A stretch of 64,000 nucleotides of DNA from Anaeromyxobacteraceae bacterium (GCA_032654565.1 JAULAX010000017.1:708998-772997), one strand, 5' to 3'; counted from the first letter of the stretch, positions 1 through 11,356 are shown. A program made the numbers and translations. Notes: a model not told the origin generated them from the letters alone.

Positions 1-5
1 CGCAA

Positions 6-99
6 CCCGTCCCAGAGTAATTGAGCCGCCCTGAGTCGCCCCGTCCCAGAGTAGTTGGCTCCCCCCGTCCCGGAGCCGTTCACGACCCCGTCCCAGAGC
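6..99 (+). repeat. Four direct copies of CCCGTCCC(A/G)GAG upstream of prpR
   Basis: Copies start at 6, 40, 64 and 87; an inverted copy (ACTCTGGGACGG) is at 45999-46010. Confidence 0.75.
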
Positions 100-115
100 A
101 ATTCGCGGAGCCGCC

Positions 116-2066
<1,951 letters not shown>

Positions 2067-2077
<11 letters not shown>

Positions 2078-3833
2078 GCCACTCGAACCAGACCGGGTGG
2101 TTGGCCTTGTACCACTCGAGCACCTCGCGAATGGCCAGCTGCTTGTCGCGCGGCATGACCCGCTCGTCGATCCGGTCCCAGTGGACGATGATGTTCTCGC
2201 CGTCGTGCTCCAGGGCCTGCGAGAGCATGGTCTGCAGCTCGTTGCGGATGCGCCCCGAGTCGGAGATCTTCACCGGCCGGGTGCGGTGATCGACGCCGGA
2301 GAGGAAGCGGACCAGCAGCGGGCTGAAGACGTGGCGGGCCTGGTCGAGCTGGTCCATGAAGCGGAAGGTGAAGGTGATGCGGGCCGAGGCCTTGCGGGTG
2401 GCCAGCAGGGTGGTCACCTTGTAGACCCCCTCCCCCACCTTCTCGATCCCCGGCGCCCCGCTGTACGGGTCGTCGCTCATGTAGCCGACGCAGGAGAGGA
2501 CGTGCCAGTCCTTCTGCGGCAGGAAGTCGTCGGCGTGGAGCACCTTGCGCCCGGTCGGCATGTTGGAGGCGCGCGCCTCCTCGATGGCGTCGGCGTAGGC
2601 CTTGACCTGCACCGGCCCGACGTCGACGCCGCCGTGGAGCTCCTTGACCCGGGCGGCGAAGCCGGGGTCGGCGGGATCCAGCTGCATCAGCTGCGCCTCC
2701 TTGTGGCAGGGCAGCTCGAAGGTGGGCGAGAACATCGCCATGCTGGCGTCGACGTCCAGCACCTCGGAGAGGCTGGAGGCCTGCATGGCCTCGGCGGTGG
2801 CGGCGTAGCCGTCGCAGAGGAAGACGTGGGTCTTGCCGGCGGCGTCCTTCCAGCTGCCCACCAGGAAGGTTGGGGCGTAGGTGCCGGAGTCGGTGAAGAC
2901 GGCGTGCCCGGAGGGGGCCACCCAGCCGTCCTCGACGAGGTGGCAGCCGGTGTCCTTCCACTCCTGCCAGAGCGGCCCCAGCCGCTTGACCCGGCTCTTC
3001 CCGGAGAGCGTCCAGACGTGGACGTTCTTCCGCTCGATGCCCGGGTAGGTGGCCTCGATGGCCTCCGCCACCTGGGCCCGCGGCGTCCGGTAGTCGAGCA
3101 GCAGGGCGGTCCGCTCGGCGGTCTCGCAGACCCGCCGGGGCACGGTGAGGCAGCCCATGTAGGACTCGTAGGGCTTGGCCACCCGCAGCGGCTGGTCGAA
3201 GAGGTGGAACACCGTCATGGGGCCGGTCGGCTTCCCCTCGGCGAAGCGGGAGGTGCACTCCAGGGTGTCGATGGCGGCGCCCCAGATGGTGATGCCGCGG
3301 TCCTGCAGCCAGCCGTGGAAGTTCTGGAAGGTGTGGCCGGGCTCGTTGAGCAGCCGCCGCACCCGGCGATCGACGGTGCGGGCCACCTCGGGGCGGGCGT
3401 AGACCCGGCCGAAGCCGAGCAGCGGGTTGGCCCCCATCTCCGGGGTCTCGCCGGCCTTGGGCATCAGCCCCTCGCCCAGCGAGACCATGATGGCGTGGCT
3501 CTCCGGCAGGGTGCGGGTCAGGTGCCAGAGCCCCTCGCTCATCACGTAGGCGCTGATGGCGTCGGCGGCCTTCTTGGCCTGGTTGTACCCCTGCTTGTCC
3601 TGCCCCTTCCCCTCGCCGTGGCCGCCGAAGAGCTTGGTGCCGAGCGCGGTGGCCGCCGCGGTCACCGCCAGGCAGCGGGTGATGCCGCGCGGGGTGAAAC
3701 TGTGCGAGCTGACCGGGTCGGCCTGGGCCCGCTCCACCTCGACGTCCTCCAGCCAGAGGTGGAAGCGGAGCAGCACGGGCCGGGTGTCGAAGGCCCACTG
3801 GGCGATGACGTTGCGCTTCTCGAAGTCGGTCAT
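2067..3833 (-). CDS. Hypothetical protein; probable highly divergent GlpX/class II FBPase-like sugar bisphosphatase with C-terminal extension
   Basis: Strong codon bias. Colinear GlpX-like motifs by eye: KKAADA, SLGEG, NPLL, AIDTLECT, YMGCL, DSGT, YAATAE. Confidence 0.6.
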
Positions 3834-4008
3834 GGAGTGGTGCCCCGGAGGTCGGCCTGCGGTGGAGGGTCATTGTAGCCGCCTCTCCCGCGAAAGGGGT
3901 GCGCGGATTGCGAGCACCCGCCCGGACCCCGGGCCGACATCGGGAGCGGCGGCGGCGGAGCCCGGCGACAAAGCGGAATCGGGGCCGGACTCGCGTTAAG
4001 TTGGGAGG

Positions 4009-5202
4009 ATGGCCACCAAGAGAAAGCGCGTCGGCATCCTCACCGGCGGGGGCGACGTCCCCGGCCTCAACTCGGTGATCAAGAGCGTGGTCTACCGCGG
4101 CTGGGAGCACGACCTGGAGGTCGTCGGCATGCGCCGGGGCTTCGAGGGGCTCACCCACGTCGACCTCGACGACCCGTACAGCAAGTCGCGCTACATCGTC
4201 CCCCTCGACCGCGAGACCTGCCGGACCATCGACCGCTCCGGCGGGACCATGCTCCACACCAGCCGCGTCGGCCCGGGGAAGGTGAGCAAGCTGCCGCCGC
4301 ACCTGGTCAACGCCGGCGTCCCGGAGATCCCCGGCCCCAGCGGTCCGTCCTGGGACCTCACCCCGCAGGTGCTCAAGAACATCGAGCGGCTCGGCCTCGA
4401 GTACCTGATCTGCATCGGCGGCGACGGCACGCTGCGCTCCGCCGCCCAGCTCAACGCACTCGGGGTCAAGGTCATCGGCATCCCCAAGACCATGGACAAC
4501 GACGTGCAGGGGACCGAGTACTGCATCGGCTTCTCCACCGCCATCACCCGGGCCACTGACGCCATCGAGCGGCAGCGGACCACGGTGGGCTCGCACGAGC
4601 GCATCGGCATCTTCCGCGTCTTCGGCCGCGACGCCGGCTTCACCGCCCTCTATACCGGCCACGTCACCTCCAACCGCTGCGTCATCCCGGAGTACAAGGT
4701 CGACGTCGAGAAGCTCATCGACCTGCTGGTGACCGAGAAGCGCGAGAACCCGAGCAACTACGCCATCGTGGTCCTCTCCGAGGGGGCCACCTGGCACGGC
4801 TACGAGGTGGTGGAGTACGGCGCCGCCGACACCTACGGGCGCCGGCGCAAGGCCAGCGTCGCCGAGGTGCTGGCCGAGGAGTTCCGGCTGCGCACCAGCG
4901 AGGAGACCATCGTCTCCGACCTGACCTACGACCTGCGCTCCGGCGAGCCGGACTTCCTCGACAAGCTGGTGGCCTCCACCTTCGGCACCCTGGCGCTCGA
5001 CGCCGTGCTGGCAGGGAAGAGCGGCGTGATGTCGGCGCTGGTGGAGGGGACCTACCAGCTGGTGCCGCTGCCCGACCCGAAGCTGGGGGCGCGCAAGGTC
5101 GACGTCCCCTCCATGTACAACACCGACCGCTACCGGCCGCTCTACGCCAACAAGCTGGGGCTGCCCATCTTCCTCAACCGGCTCCCGCCCCGGAAGCCCT
5201 GA
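4009..5202 (+). CDS. pfkA: 6-phosphofructokinase (PfkA family, probably ATP-dependent)
   Basis: LTGGGDVPGLN, GGTMLHTSR, IGGDGT, PKTMDND, FGRDAG; RBS GGGAGG. Confidence 0.9.
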   Translation: MATKRKRVGILTGGGDVPGLNSVIKSVVYRGWEHDLEVVGMRRGFEGLTHVDLDDPYSKSRYIVPLDRETCRTIDRSGGTMLHTSRVGPGKVSKLPPHLVNAGVPEIPGPSGPSWDLTPQVLKNIERLGLEYLICIGGDGTLRSAAQLNALGVKVIGIPKTMDNDVQGTEYCIGFSTAITRATDAIERQRTTVGSHERIGIFRVFGRDAGFTALYTGHVTSNRCVIPEYKVDVEKLIDLLVTEKRENPSNYAIVVLSEGATWHGYEVVEYGAADTYGRRRKASVAEVLAEEFRLRTSEETIVSDLTYDLRSGEPDFLDKLVASTFGTLALDAVLAGKSGVMSALVEGTYQLVPLPDPKLGARKVDVPSMYNTDRYRPLYANKLGLPIFLNRLPPRKP

Positions 5203-5211
5203 GCGCCCGCC

Positions 5212-6633
5212 GTGGCGCCCTCCCCCGCCCCGCCCGGCCGCGGCGGCCCCACCCTGCTGGTCCGCGACGCGGCGCTGGTCGCCACCCTCGACGAGCAGCG
5301 GCGCGAGCTGCCGGGCGCCTCGATCTTCGCCCGCGGCGGCTTCATCGAGGCCATCGGCCCGGCCGCGGCGCTGCCCGCCACCGCCGACCGGGTCATCGAC
5401 GGGCGCGGCCACCTGGTGGTGCCGGGCCTCGTCAACACCCACCACCACATGTACCAGTCGCTGACCCGGGCGGTGCCGGCGGTCCAGGACGCCGAGCTCT
5501 TCTCCTGGCTGCGCGGCCTCTACCCGGTCTGGGCCGGCCTCGACCCGGAGATGGCCCGGGTCTCGGCGCTGGTGGCCATGGCCGAGCTGCTGCTCTCCGG
5601 CTGCACCACCTCCGCCGATCACCTCTACCTCTTCCCCAACGGCGTCCGGCTCGACGACACCATCGAGGCGGCGGCCACCGCCGGCCTGCGCTTCACCGCC
5701 ACCCGCGGCGCCATGAGCGTGGGGCGCAGCCAGGGCGGCCTGCCCCCCGACGAGCTGGTGGAGAGCGAGCCGGCCATCCTCGCCGACATGGAGCGGGTGG
5801 TGGGGCGCTGGCACGACCCCGCGCCCGGGGCCATGGTGCAGGTGGCGCTGGCCCCCTGCTCGCCCTTCTCGGTGAGCCGCGAGCTGATGCGCGACACCGC
5901 GGCGCTGGCCCGGGCGCGCCGGGTCCGGCTCCACACCCACCTGGCCGAGAACGACCGCGACGTGGCCTGGTCGCGCCAGAAGTTCCGGCGCACCCCGGCC
6001 GAGTACGCCGAGGAGCTGGGCTGGGTGGGTCCGGACGTCTGGCACGCCCACGCCGTCAAGCTCGACGTCGCCGGGATCGCCCGCTTCGCCGCCACCGGCA
6101 CCGGCGTGGCCCACTGCCCCTGCTCCAACATGCGCCTGGCGAGCGGCATCGCCCCGGTGCGCGCCATGCTCGATGCTGGGGTGCCGGTGGGGCTGGGCGT
6201 GGACGGCAGCGCCTCCAACGACGGGGCGCAGCTGCTGGGCGAGGCCCGCCAGGCGCTGCTGCTGGCCCGCCTGGCGGCCTCGCTGGTCCCCCTCGGCTGC
6301 GACCGCGGCCCGGCGGCGATGACGGCGCGCGACGCCCTGGCGCTGGCCACCCGCGGCGGCGCCCGGGTGCTGGGGCGGGCCGACATCGGCCACCTGGCAC
6401 CGGGGATGTGCGCCGACCTGGCCCTCTTCGATCTCGGCGCACCGGGGCTGGCTGGCGGCGCCGTCCACGACCCGGTGGGCGCGCTGCTGCTCTGCGCCCC
6501 GCAGCCGGCCGCCTTCACGGTGGTGGCCGGCCGGGTGCTGGTGGAGCACGGGCGGCTCACCAGCTTCGAGCTGGCCCCGGTGCTGGCGCGCCACGACGCG
6601 CTGGCGAGGGCGCTGGTCGAGCGGGCTCGCTGA
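5212..6633 (+). CDS. 8-oxoguanine deaminase-like amidohydrolase
   Basis: PGLVNTHHHMYQ, LAPCSPFSVS, HTHLAEN, HCPCSNMRLASG, GVDGSASND; purine-salvage context. Confidence 0.85.
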   Translation: MAPSPAPPGRGGPTLLVRDAALVATLDEQRRELPGASIFARGGFIEAIGPAAALPATADRVIDGRGHLVVPGLVNTHHHMYQSLTRAVPAVQDAELFSWLRGLYPVWAGLDPEMARVSALVAMAELLLSGCTTSADHLYLFPNGVRLDDTIEAAATAGLRFTATRGAMSVGRSQGGLPPDELVESEPAILADMERVVGRWHDPAPGAMVQVALAPCSPFSVSRELMRDTAALARARRVRLHTHLAENDRDVAWSRQKFRRTPAEYAEELGWVGPDVWHAHAVKLDVAGIARFAATGTGVAHCPCSNMRLASGIAPVRAMLDAGVPVGLGVDGSASNDGAQLLGEARQALLLARLAASLVPLGCDRGPAAMTARDALALATRGGARVLGRADIGHLAPGMCADLALFDLGAPGLAGGAVHDPVGALLLCAPQPAAFTVVAGRVLVEHGRLTSFELAPVLARHDALARALVERAR

Positions 6634-6639
6634 GGTGCC

Positions 6640-6677
6640 GGGACCCCGGGGACCCCGGCGACCCCGGTGCCGGACAT
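6640..6677 (+). repeat. GACCCCGG tandem lead-in plus GGTGCCGGACAT motif (left end of cassette unit 1)
   Basis: GGTGCCGGACAT at 6666-6677 is the reverse complement of the array unit; same arrangement at 7736-7770. Confidence 0.75.
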
Positions 6678-6913
6678 GGGACCCCAACCGGCTGCCGGGG
6701 TCGAAGAAGGAGTGAGGAGTGGGGCGGGCGGTCCGTCCGGCGATCGAGAGGCGTTGCGAAGGGGGAGCAGGGACGGACGGGTCCGCGGTGGGTGCGGGCG
6801 TGTCTGGGCGGCCGCGAGACATCGGCGGTGGCGGGCGCCGGCAGCTCGGGGATTCGCCGATGTCGCGGTTCAGTCACGAACTCGACTTGACCCACCCTGC
6901 CCGGGTCGCGCGG

Positions 6914-7330
6914 CTACTTGATGAAGTACCCCGACACGCGCCAGCGACCATCCTTGTCCAGCATCGGTGTCACCGTCTCGATGGCAGCCTTCTTGTACTT
7001 GAAGGAGCTCTGGTACGTGATGATGACGTACCTTCCGTCCGGCGCCCCGGGCAGCGACTCCGTGTATCTCCGGGAGGACGCCCTGCGAGAGACGAGCTTG
7101 CCGAGCGGCGACCGTGCGGCGCTCAGGGATTTCTCCCAGTCGCCCTTGCTCACCGCGTCCCTGAAGAGTCGGGCCGCGTCGTCCCAGCTGGCGCCGTACT
7201 GACTGGCATCGACCAGCTTCAGCCAGGCGTCCGCGGCGGCGACCGCGGCGTTCTCCGAGGCTTGGTCAGCGCGAACGCCGCCGGCGACGAGGAGAAGGCT
7301 GGCAATGGAAAGAGCGCGAACGAGCTTCAT
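6914..7330 (-). CDS. DUF4019-like secreted protein
   Basis: Signal peptide; WLKLVD..Y..SW, LPGAPDGRYVI, ETVT...DGRWRVSGYFI; RBS GGGAGA. Confidence 0.8.
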   Translation of the reverse strand: MKLVRALSIASLLLVAGGVRADQASENAAVAAADAWLKLVDASQYGASWDDAARLFRDAVSKGDWEKSLSAARSPLGKLVSRRASSRRYTESLPGAPDGRYVIITYQSSFKYKKAAIETVTPMLDKDGRWRVSGYFIK

Positions 7331-7432
7331 GGTGGTTCTCCCTCAGGCGGCGAGCTTCGGATGGAAACCAGACAAGGACGAAGCCTGGCCAGCGCGCAAA
7401 CTTCGTTCAGCGAGACTCACACCGAGCATACA

Positions 7433-7531
7433 CGGACCCAGCGTCATTTCGGGCGCCCGAAACGGAAATGACCCACCCCGTGCAGGATCCCTCCTTCGCA
7501 ACTTCGGGCGCCCGAAGCGACTCTGGGTACG
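7433..7531. repeat. REPIN-like element: two ~30-bp arms in inverted orientation, each containing palindrome TTCGGGCGCCCGAA
   Basis: Palindromes at 7447-7462 and 7502-7517; related copies at 44123-44190 and 45638-45690. Confidence 0.75.
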
Positions 7532-7623
7532 TCTCGACGGCCCCCGCCCCGGCACCGTCCGCCCCCACCCTCCCGCTCCCGCTCCCGCCCCCCGGCACCC
7601 CGCCCCCGCCCCCGCCCGCCAAC

Positions 7624-7738
7624 CGCGCCCCCCCCGAAAACGAGGAGGGCCGCCCTCGCGGACGGCCCCCCGGGACTTCAACTCCGCGTGACGGCTACTT
7701 CGAGGCCGGGACCTTGCCCTCGACGCCCTTCACCAGGA
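7624..7738 (-). repeat. 115-bp duplicate of BMP gene 3' end (last ~14 codons, stop, terminator)
   Basis: 114/115 identical to 9163-9277 (offset 1539). Confidence 0.92.
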
Positions 7739-7770
7739 CCCCGAGGACCCCGGACCCCGGTGCCGGACAT
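7736..7770 (+). repeat. GACCCCG lead-in plus GGTGCCGGACAT motif (left end of RAYT unit)
   Basis: Motif at 7759-7770, inverted relative to the array at 8742-9114. Confidence 0.75.
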
Positions 7771-8000
7771 TAGACCGAGCAAGACTGATGGCCTGGAACC
7801 GCTAAGAGCCCGTGATTGGGCTCTGGAGCCGAGAAGAGTCTGGCGGAGGACTCAGATCGGCCCGCCGGCCACTACTTCGAGGCTGTACGTGGCCTCCCTT
7901 TGGCACTCGGCGGAGTTGATTTGCTGGGATTTGCGCTGCGAAGGCGAGCCGCGCGGCCTCGGCGGGCATGCCGACCTCAATCGCCAACCACGGCCTCACC

Positions 8001-8666
8001 TCAGTTTGGAGGTGATAAGCCGCACGCCTCGAGCCGGACGGTCACCCAGCTGAGTTCGCCGATGAACGGGCCGTGGACGAGGTCGGTGCGCCGGGAGCGG
8101 AGTTTCTCGAGAATCGGCGACGCGAACAGGTGCTGGTAGGCGGTGCGCCGGCTCGGCCCCGTGCGTCCGAGGGCGAGATACTCCGGCGCGTCGGTGATGA
8201 GGTCGTCCGACTCGCCGTAGGCGTAGTGGCGGAAACTCGACCAGCGCCACTTGCTTGGGGCCTGGACCAGCCCGGCCCGGACGGGGTTCAAGTCGCCGTA
8301 GCGCATCACCGTGAGCTGATGCCGGCCATCCTGGATGCGGGGAGACCGGAGGCGCTCCATGACGACTTGTCCGCGGCCCTTGGTCCGCCGATTGTACCAG
8401 CGGGCGAAGCCCCAATTGACGACCTTCCAGAAGGCGCTGAAGGCACCCTGACCCTGAGTGGCCCGGATCATGAGGTGCGGATGGGTGCCCATCAAGCAGT
8501 ATGAGTAGATCTCGATTCCGAACTTCTCCTTGTACTTCCGCAGGAGTGCCAGAAACGTGAGGCACGCCTCGTCCGAGTCGAGGACAAGGGTGTGGCCGTG
8601 GCTGCGCCAGGTGCAGTGGTTGGTGGAACCATCCTCAACGAGGTGGTTACGGCGGAGTCGAGCCAT
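8001..8666 (-). CDS. REP-associated tyrosine transposase (RAYT/TnpA-REP; IS200/IS605 Y1 HUH nuclease)
   Basis: YCLMGTHPHL HUH motif, catalytic Y in RYGDLNPVRAGLV, WRWSS; ATG at 8666 with GAGGT RBS (the ORF track extends it artificially into repeats). Confidence 0.88.
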   Translation of the reverse strand: MARLRRNHLVEDGSTNHCTWRSHGHTLVLDSDEACLTFLALLRKYKEKFGIEIYSYCLMGTHPHLMIRATQGQGAFSAFWKVVNWGFARWYNRRTKGRGQVVMERLRSPRIQDGRHQLTVMRYGDLNPVRAGLVQAPSKWRWSSFRHYAYGESDDLITDAPEYLALGRTGPSRRTAYQHLFASPILEKLRSRRTDLVHGPFIGELSWVTVRLEACGLSPPN

Positions 8667-8741
8667 GACCTCACTGACGTGAGCAAGCGCCGCGCCAAGC
8701 GCGGCCCCGATGTCGCGATGTCGGCCCCGATGTCGGCCCCG

Positions 8742-9114
8742 ATGTCCGGCACCACGGCACCACGCCCCCACGCCCGCCACGCCCGCCACGCATGTCCGGC
8801 ACCATCCCCCCCGGCACCATCCCCAGCGCCCCCCCATGTCCGGCACCGCGCCCCCCCATGTCCGGCACCGCGCCCCGCGGCACCGCGCCCCCCCATGTCC
8901 GGCACCGCGCCCACGCCCGCCACGCCCGCCACGCATGTCCGGCACCATCCCCCCCGGCACCACGCCCCACCATGTCCGGCACCACACCCCGCACCATGTC
9001 CGGCACCACTCCCCCCCCACCATGTCCGGCACCACACCCCCATGTCCGGCACCACACCCCATGTCCGGCACCACACCCGCCCCATGTCCGGCACCACACC
9101 CCATGTCCGGCACC
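8742..9114 (+). repeat. Array of 13 ATGTCCGGCACC units with variable C-rich linkers
   Basis: Units at 8742, 8792, 8836, 8858, 8895, 8935, 8972, 8996, 9022, 9042, 9061, 9084, 9103, plus partial GGCACC units. Confidence 0.92.
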
Positions 9115-9174
9115 ACACCCACACCCTGGCACCACACCCCCGCGCCCCACGGCACCGCGCCACGCGCCCCCCCC

Positions 9175-9210
9175 GAAAACGAGGAGGGCCGCCCTCGCGG
9201 ACGGCCCCCC
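9175..9210 (-). terminator. Intrinsic terminator of the BMP gene
   Basis: Minus-strand hairpin GGGCCGTCC-GCGA-GGGCGGCCC followed by TCCTCGTTTT. Confidence 0.65.
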
Positions 9211-9233
9211 GGGACTTCAACTCCGCGTGACGG

Positions 9234-10373
9234 CTACTTCGCGGCCGGGACCTTGCCCTCGACGCCCTTCACCAGGAAGTTGACGCCGCCGAGCCACTTG
9301 TCGTCGGCGGCCACGCCCTTCTTGAGCCGCTCCTTGCCGGTGTTGTCGACGATGGGCCCCTTGAAGATGTCGAGCGTGCCGGCCTTGAGCCCGGCCTTGG
9401 CCTCATCGACCTTCTTGCGGGTCTCGGCCGGGACCAGCTCGGGGATCTTGACGAAGTCGGTCATCCCCTCCCTGTGGCCCCACTTGGTGTCGCCGGTCTT
9501 CCAGGTCTTGTTGAGCACGTCGTTGAGGGCCTTCTCGTAGTAGACGCCCCACAGCAGCATGCAGGAGCCGAGGTGGGCCTTGGGCGCGAAGGCGCTCATG
9601 TCGCTGTCCCAGCCGAAGGCGTACTTGCCCTGGCGCTCGGCCTCCTGGAGCACCGCGGTGGAGTCGGTGTTCTGCAGCAGCACGTCGGCCTTGCCGTTGA
9701 TGAGCGTCTTGGCCGCCTCGGTCTCCTTGGGCGGATCGAACCAGGTGCTGACCCAGACCACCTTGGTCTTGGCCTTGGGGTTCACCGACTGGGCGCCCAG
9801 CGTGAAGGCGTTGATGTTGCGCAGCACCTCGGGGATGGGGAACGAGGCCACGAAGCCCAGGGTGTTGGTCTTGGTCATCTTGCCGGCCACGATGCCGGCC
9901 AGGTAGGCCACCTCGTGGATGCGCGGCTCGTAGACGCGCATGTTCTCGCTCGTCTTGTAGCCGGTGGCGTGCTCGAAGTAGACGTCCGGGAAGTCCTTGG
10001 CCACCTTGGCCATGGAGTCGCCGAAGCCGAACGAGGTGGCGAAGATCACCTTGTTGCCCTGGGTGGCGAGATCGCGGATGACGCGCTCGGCGTCGGGCCC
10101 TTCCTTGACGCTCTCCACGAAGGAGGTGACCACCTTGTCGCCCAGCTTGGCGACCGCCTCCTTGCGCCCGGCGTCGTGGGCGAAGGTGTAGCCGGCGTCG
10201 CCGACCGGGCCGACGTAGACGAAGGCGGCCTTGAGCGGGGCCGGCTTGGCCGGCGCCGGGGCGGCCACCGGGGCCGGGGCGGGCGGCGCGGCCGGCTTGC
10301 TGCAGGCGGTGAGCCCGGCGGCCGTGAAGACCGTGGCCAGCGCGAGGAACTTCAGGGAGGAACGAGTGGTCAT
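9234..10373 (-). CDS. BMP-family ABC substrate-binding lipoprotein (purine nucleoside)
   Basis: Lipobox LTAC; FVYVGPVGD, TSFGF, HATGYK, PIPEVLRNINAF, WFDP. Confidence 0.9.
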   Translation of the reverse strand: MTTRSSLKFLALATVFTAAGLTACSKPAAPPAPAPVAAPAPAKPAPLKAAFVYVGPVGDAGYTFAHDAGRKEAVAKLGDKVVTSFVESVKEGPDAERVIRDLATQGNKVIFATSFGFGDSMAKVAKDFPDVYFEHATGYKTSENMRVYEPRIHEVAYLAGIVAGKMTKTNTLGFVASFPIPEVLRNINAFTLGAQSVNPKAKTKVVWVSTWFDPPKETEAAKTLINGKADVLLQNTDSTAVLQEAERQGKYAFGWDSDMSAFAPKAHLGSCMLLWGVYYEKALNDVLNKTWKTGDTKWGHREGMTDFVKIPELVPAETRKKVDEAKAGLKAGTLDIFKGPIVDNTGKERLKKGVAADDKWLGGVNFLVKGVEGKVPAAK

Positions 10374-10435
10374 GGCTGCGATGCTCCTTCTGGTGAACGT
10401 GGAACAGCCGGTGCAGCGGTCTCTACCCCAAAACG

Positions 10436-11356
10436 TCAGCTTCCGGGGAAGAAGGTCTTGCCCAGCGAGGCCGGCATGTTGAGCCGGATCCAGAGCGGGT
10501 TGCGGGAGATGAGGACCAGGACCACCACCGTGGCCAGGTAGGGCAGCATGCTCATGAACTCGGGCGCCACCTGCACGCCCGCGCCCTGCAGGTAGAGCTG
10601 CAGCATGGTCACACCCCCGAAGAGGTACGCCCCCAGCAGCATCCGCGCAGGCCGCCAGGTGGCGAAGGTGGTGAGCGCCAGCGCGATCCAGCCGCGCCCC
10701 GCCACCATCCCCTCCACCCAGAGCGGCGTGTAGATCACCGAGAGGTAGGCGCCGGCCACGCCGCAGAGCGCCCCGCCGGTCACCATCGCCGCCAGCCGGA
10801 TGCGCCGGACCGGGTAGCCGAGGGCGTGGGCGGCGCCGGGCGACTCGCCGATGGCGCGCAGGATCAGCCCGCCCCGGGTCCGGTAGAGGAACCAGGCCAC
10901 CGCGGCGGCCACGGCCACCGCGAAGTAGACCACCGGGTGCTGGCGGAAGAAGGCCACGCCCAGCACCGGCAGGTCGCGCAGCAGCGGCACCCCGGCCACC
11001 GGGGCCTCCTCCAGCTTCTTGCCCACGAAGCCGATGCCGACGAAGGCCGAGAAGCCGGAGCCGAAGAGGCTGACCGCCAGGCCGGTGGCGTACTGGTTGG
11101 TGTTGAGCCAGATCACCAGCCAGCCGGAGATGGCGGCGCCCACCGCCCCGGCCGCCGCCCCGGCCACCAGCGCCAGCAGCTCGCTCCCGGTGGTGAAGCC
11201 GGTGGCGAAGCCGGCCACCGCCGCCACCAGCATCAGCCCCTCGGCGCCGAGGTTGAGCACGCCGGCCCGCTCGTTGATCAGCAGCCCCATGCCGGCCAGC
11301 GCCAGCGGGGTGCCGGCCGCCAGCGTGGCGGCGACCAGGAGCGCCAGGTCGTTCAT
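10436..11356 (-). CDS. Nucleoside ABC transporter permease
   Basis: ERAGVLNLGAEG, GRGWIALAL, MLPYLAT; ATG at 11356 overlapping the upstream stop. Confidence 0.88.
   Translation of the reverse strand: MNDLALLVAATLAAGTPLALAGMGLLINERAGVLNLGAEGLMLVAAVAGFATGFTTGSELLALVAGAAAGAVGAAISGWLVIWLNTNQYATGLAVSLFGSGFSAFVGIGFVGKKLEEAPVAGVPLLRDLPVLGVAFFRQHPVVYFAVAVAAAVAWFLYRTRGGLILRAIGESPGAAHALGYPVRRIRLAAMVTGGALCGVAGAYLSVIYTPLWVEGMVAGRGWIALALTTFATWRPARMLLGAYLFGGVTMLQLYLQGAGVQVAPEFMSMLPYLATVVVLVLISRNPLWIRLNMPASLGKTFFPGS

Noticed and set aside
7802..7999. Small ORF downstream of RAYT
   Set aside because: No RBS, codon bias or recognisable motif; cannot be supported
8001..8666. IS200/IS605 element with tnpB
   Set aside because: No tnpB and no recognisable subterminal IS200 hairpins; the NPVRAG/WSS signature fits RAYT
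8742..9114. CRISPR array
   Set aside because: Repeat is only 12 bp; spacers are short, low-complexity and partly duplicated; no cas genes
8492..9540. Cys/Trp- or His/Pro-rich repeat proteins and an N-terminal extension of RAYT
   Set aside because: These are translations of the DNA repeat array; the real RAYT start with RBS is at 8666
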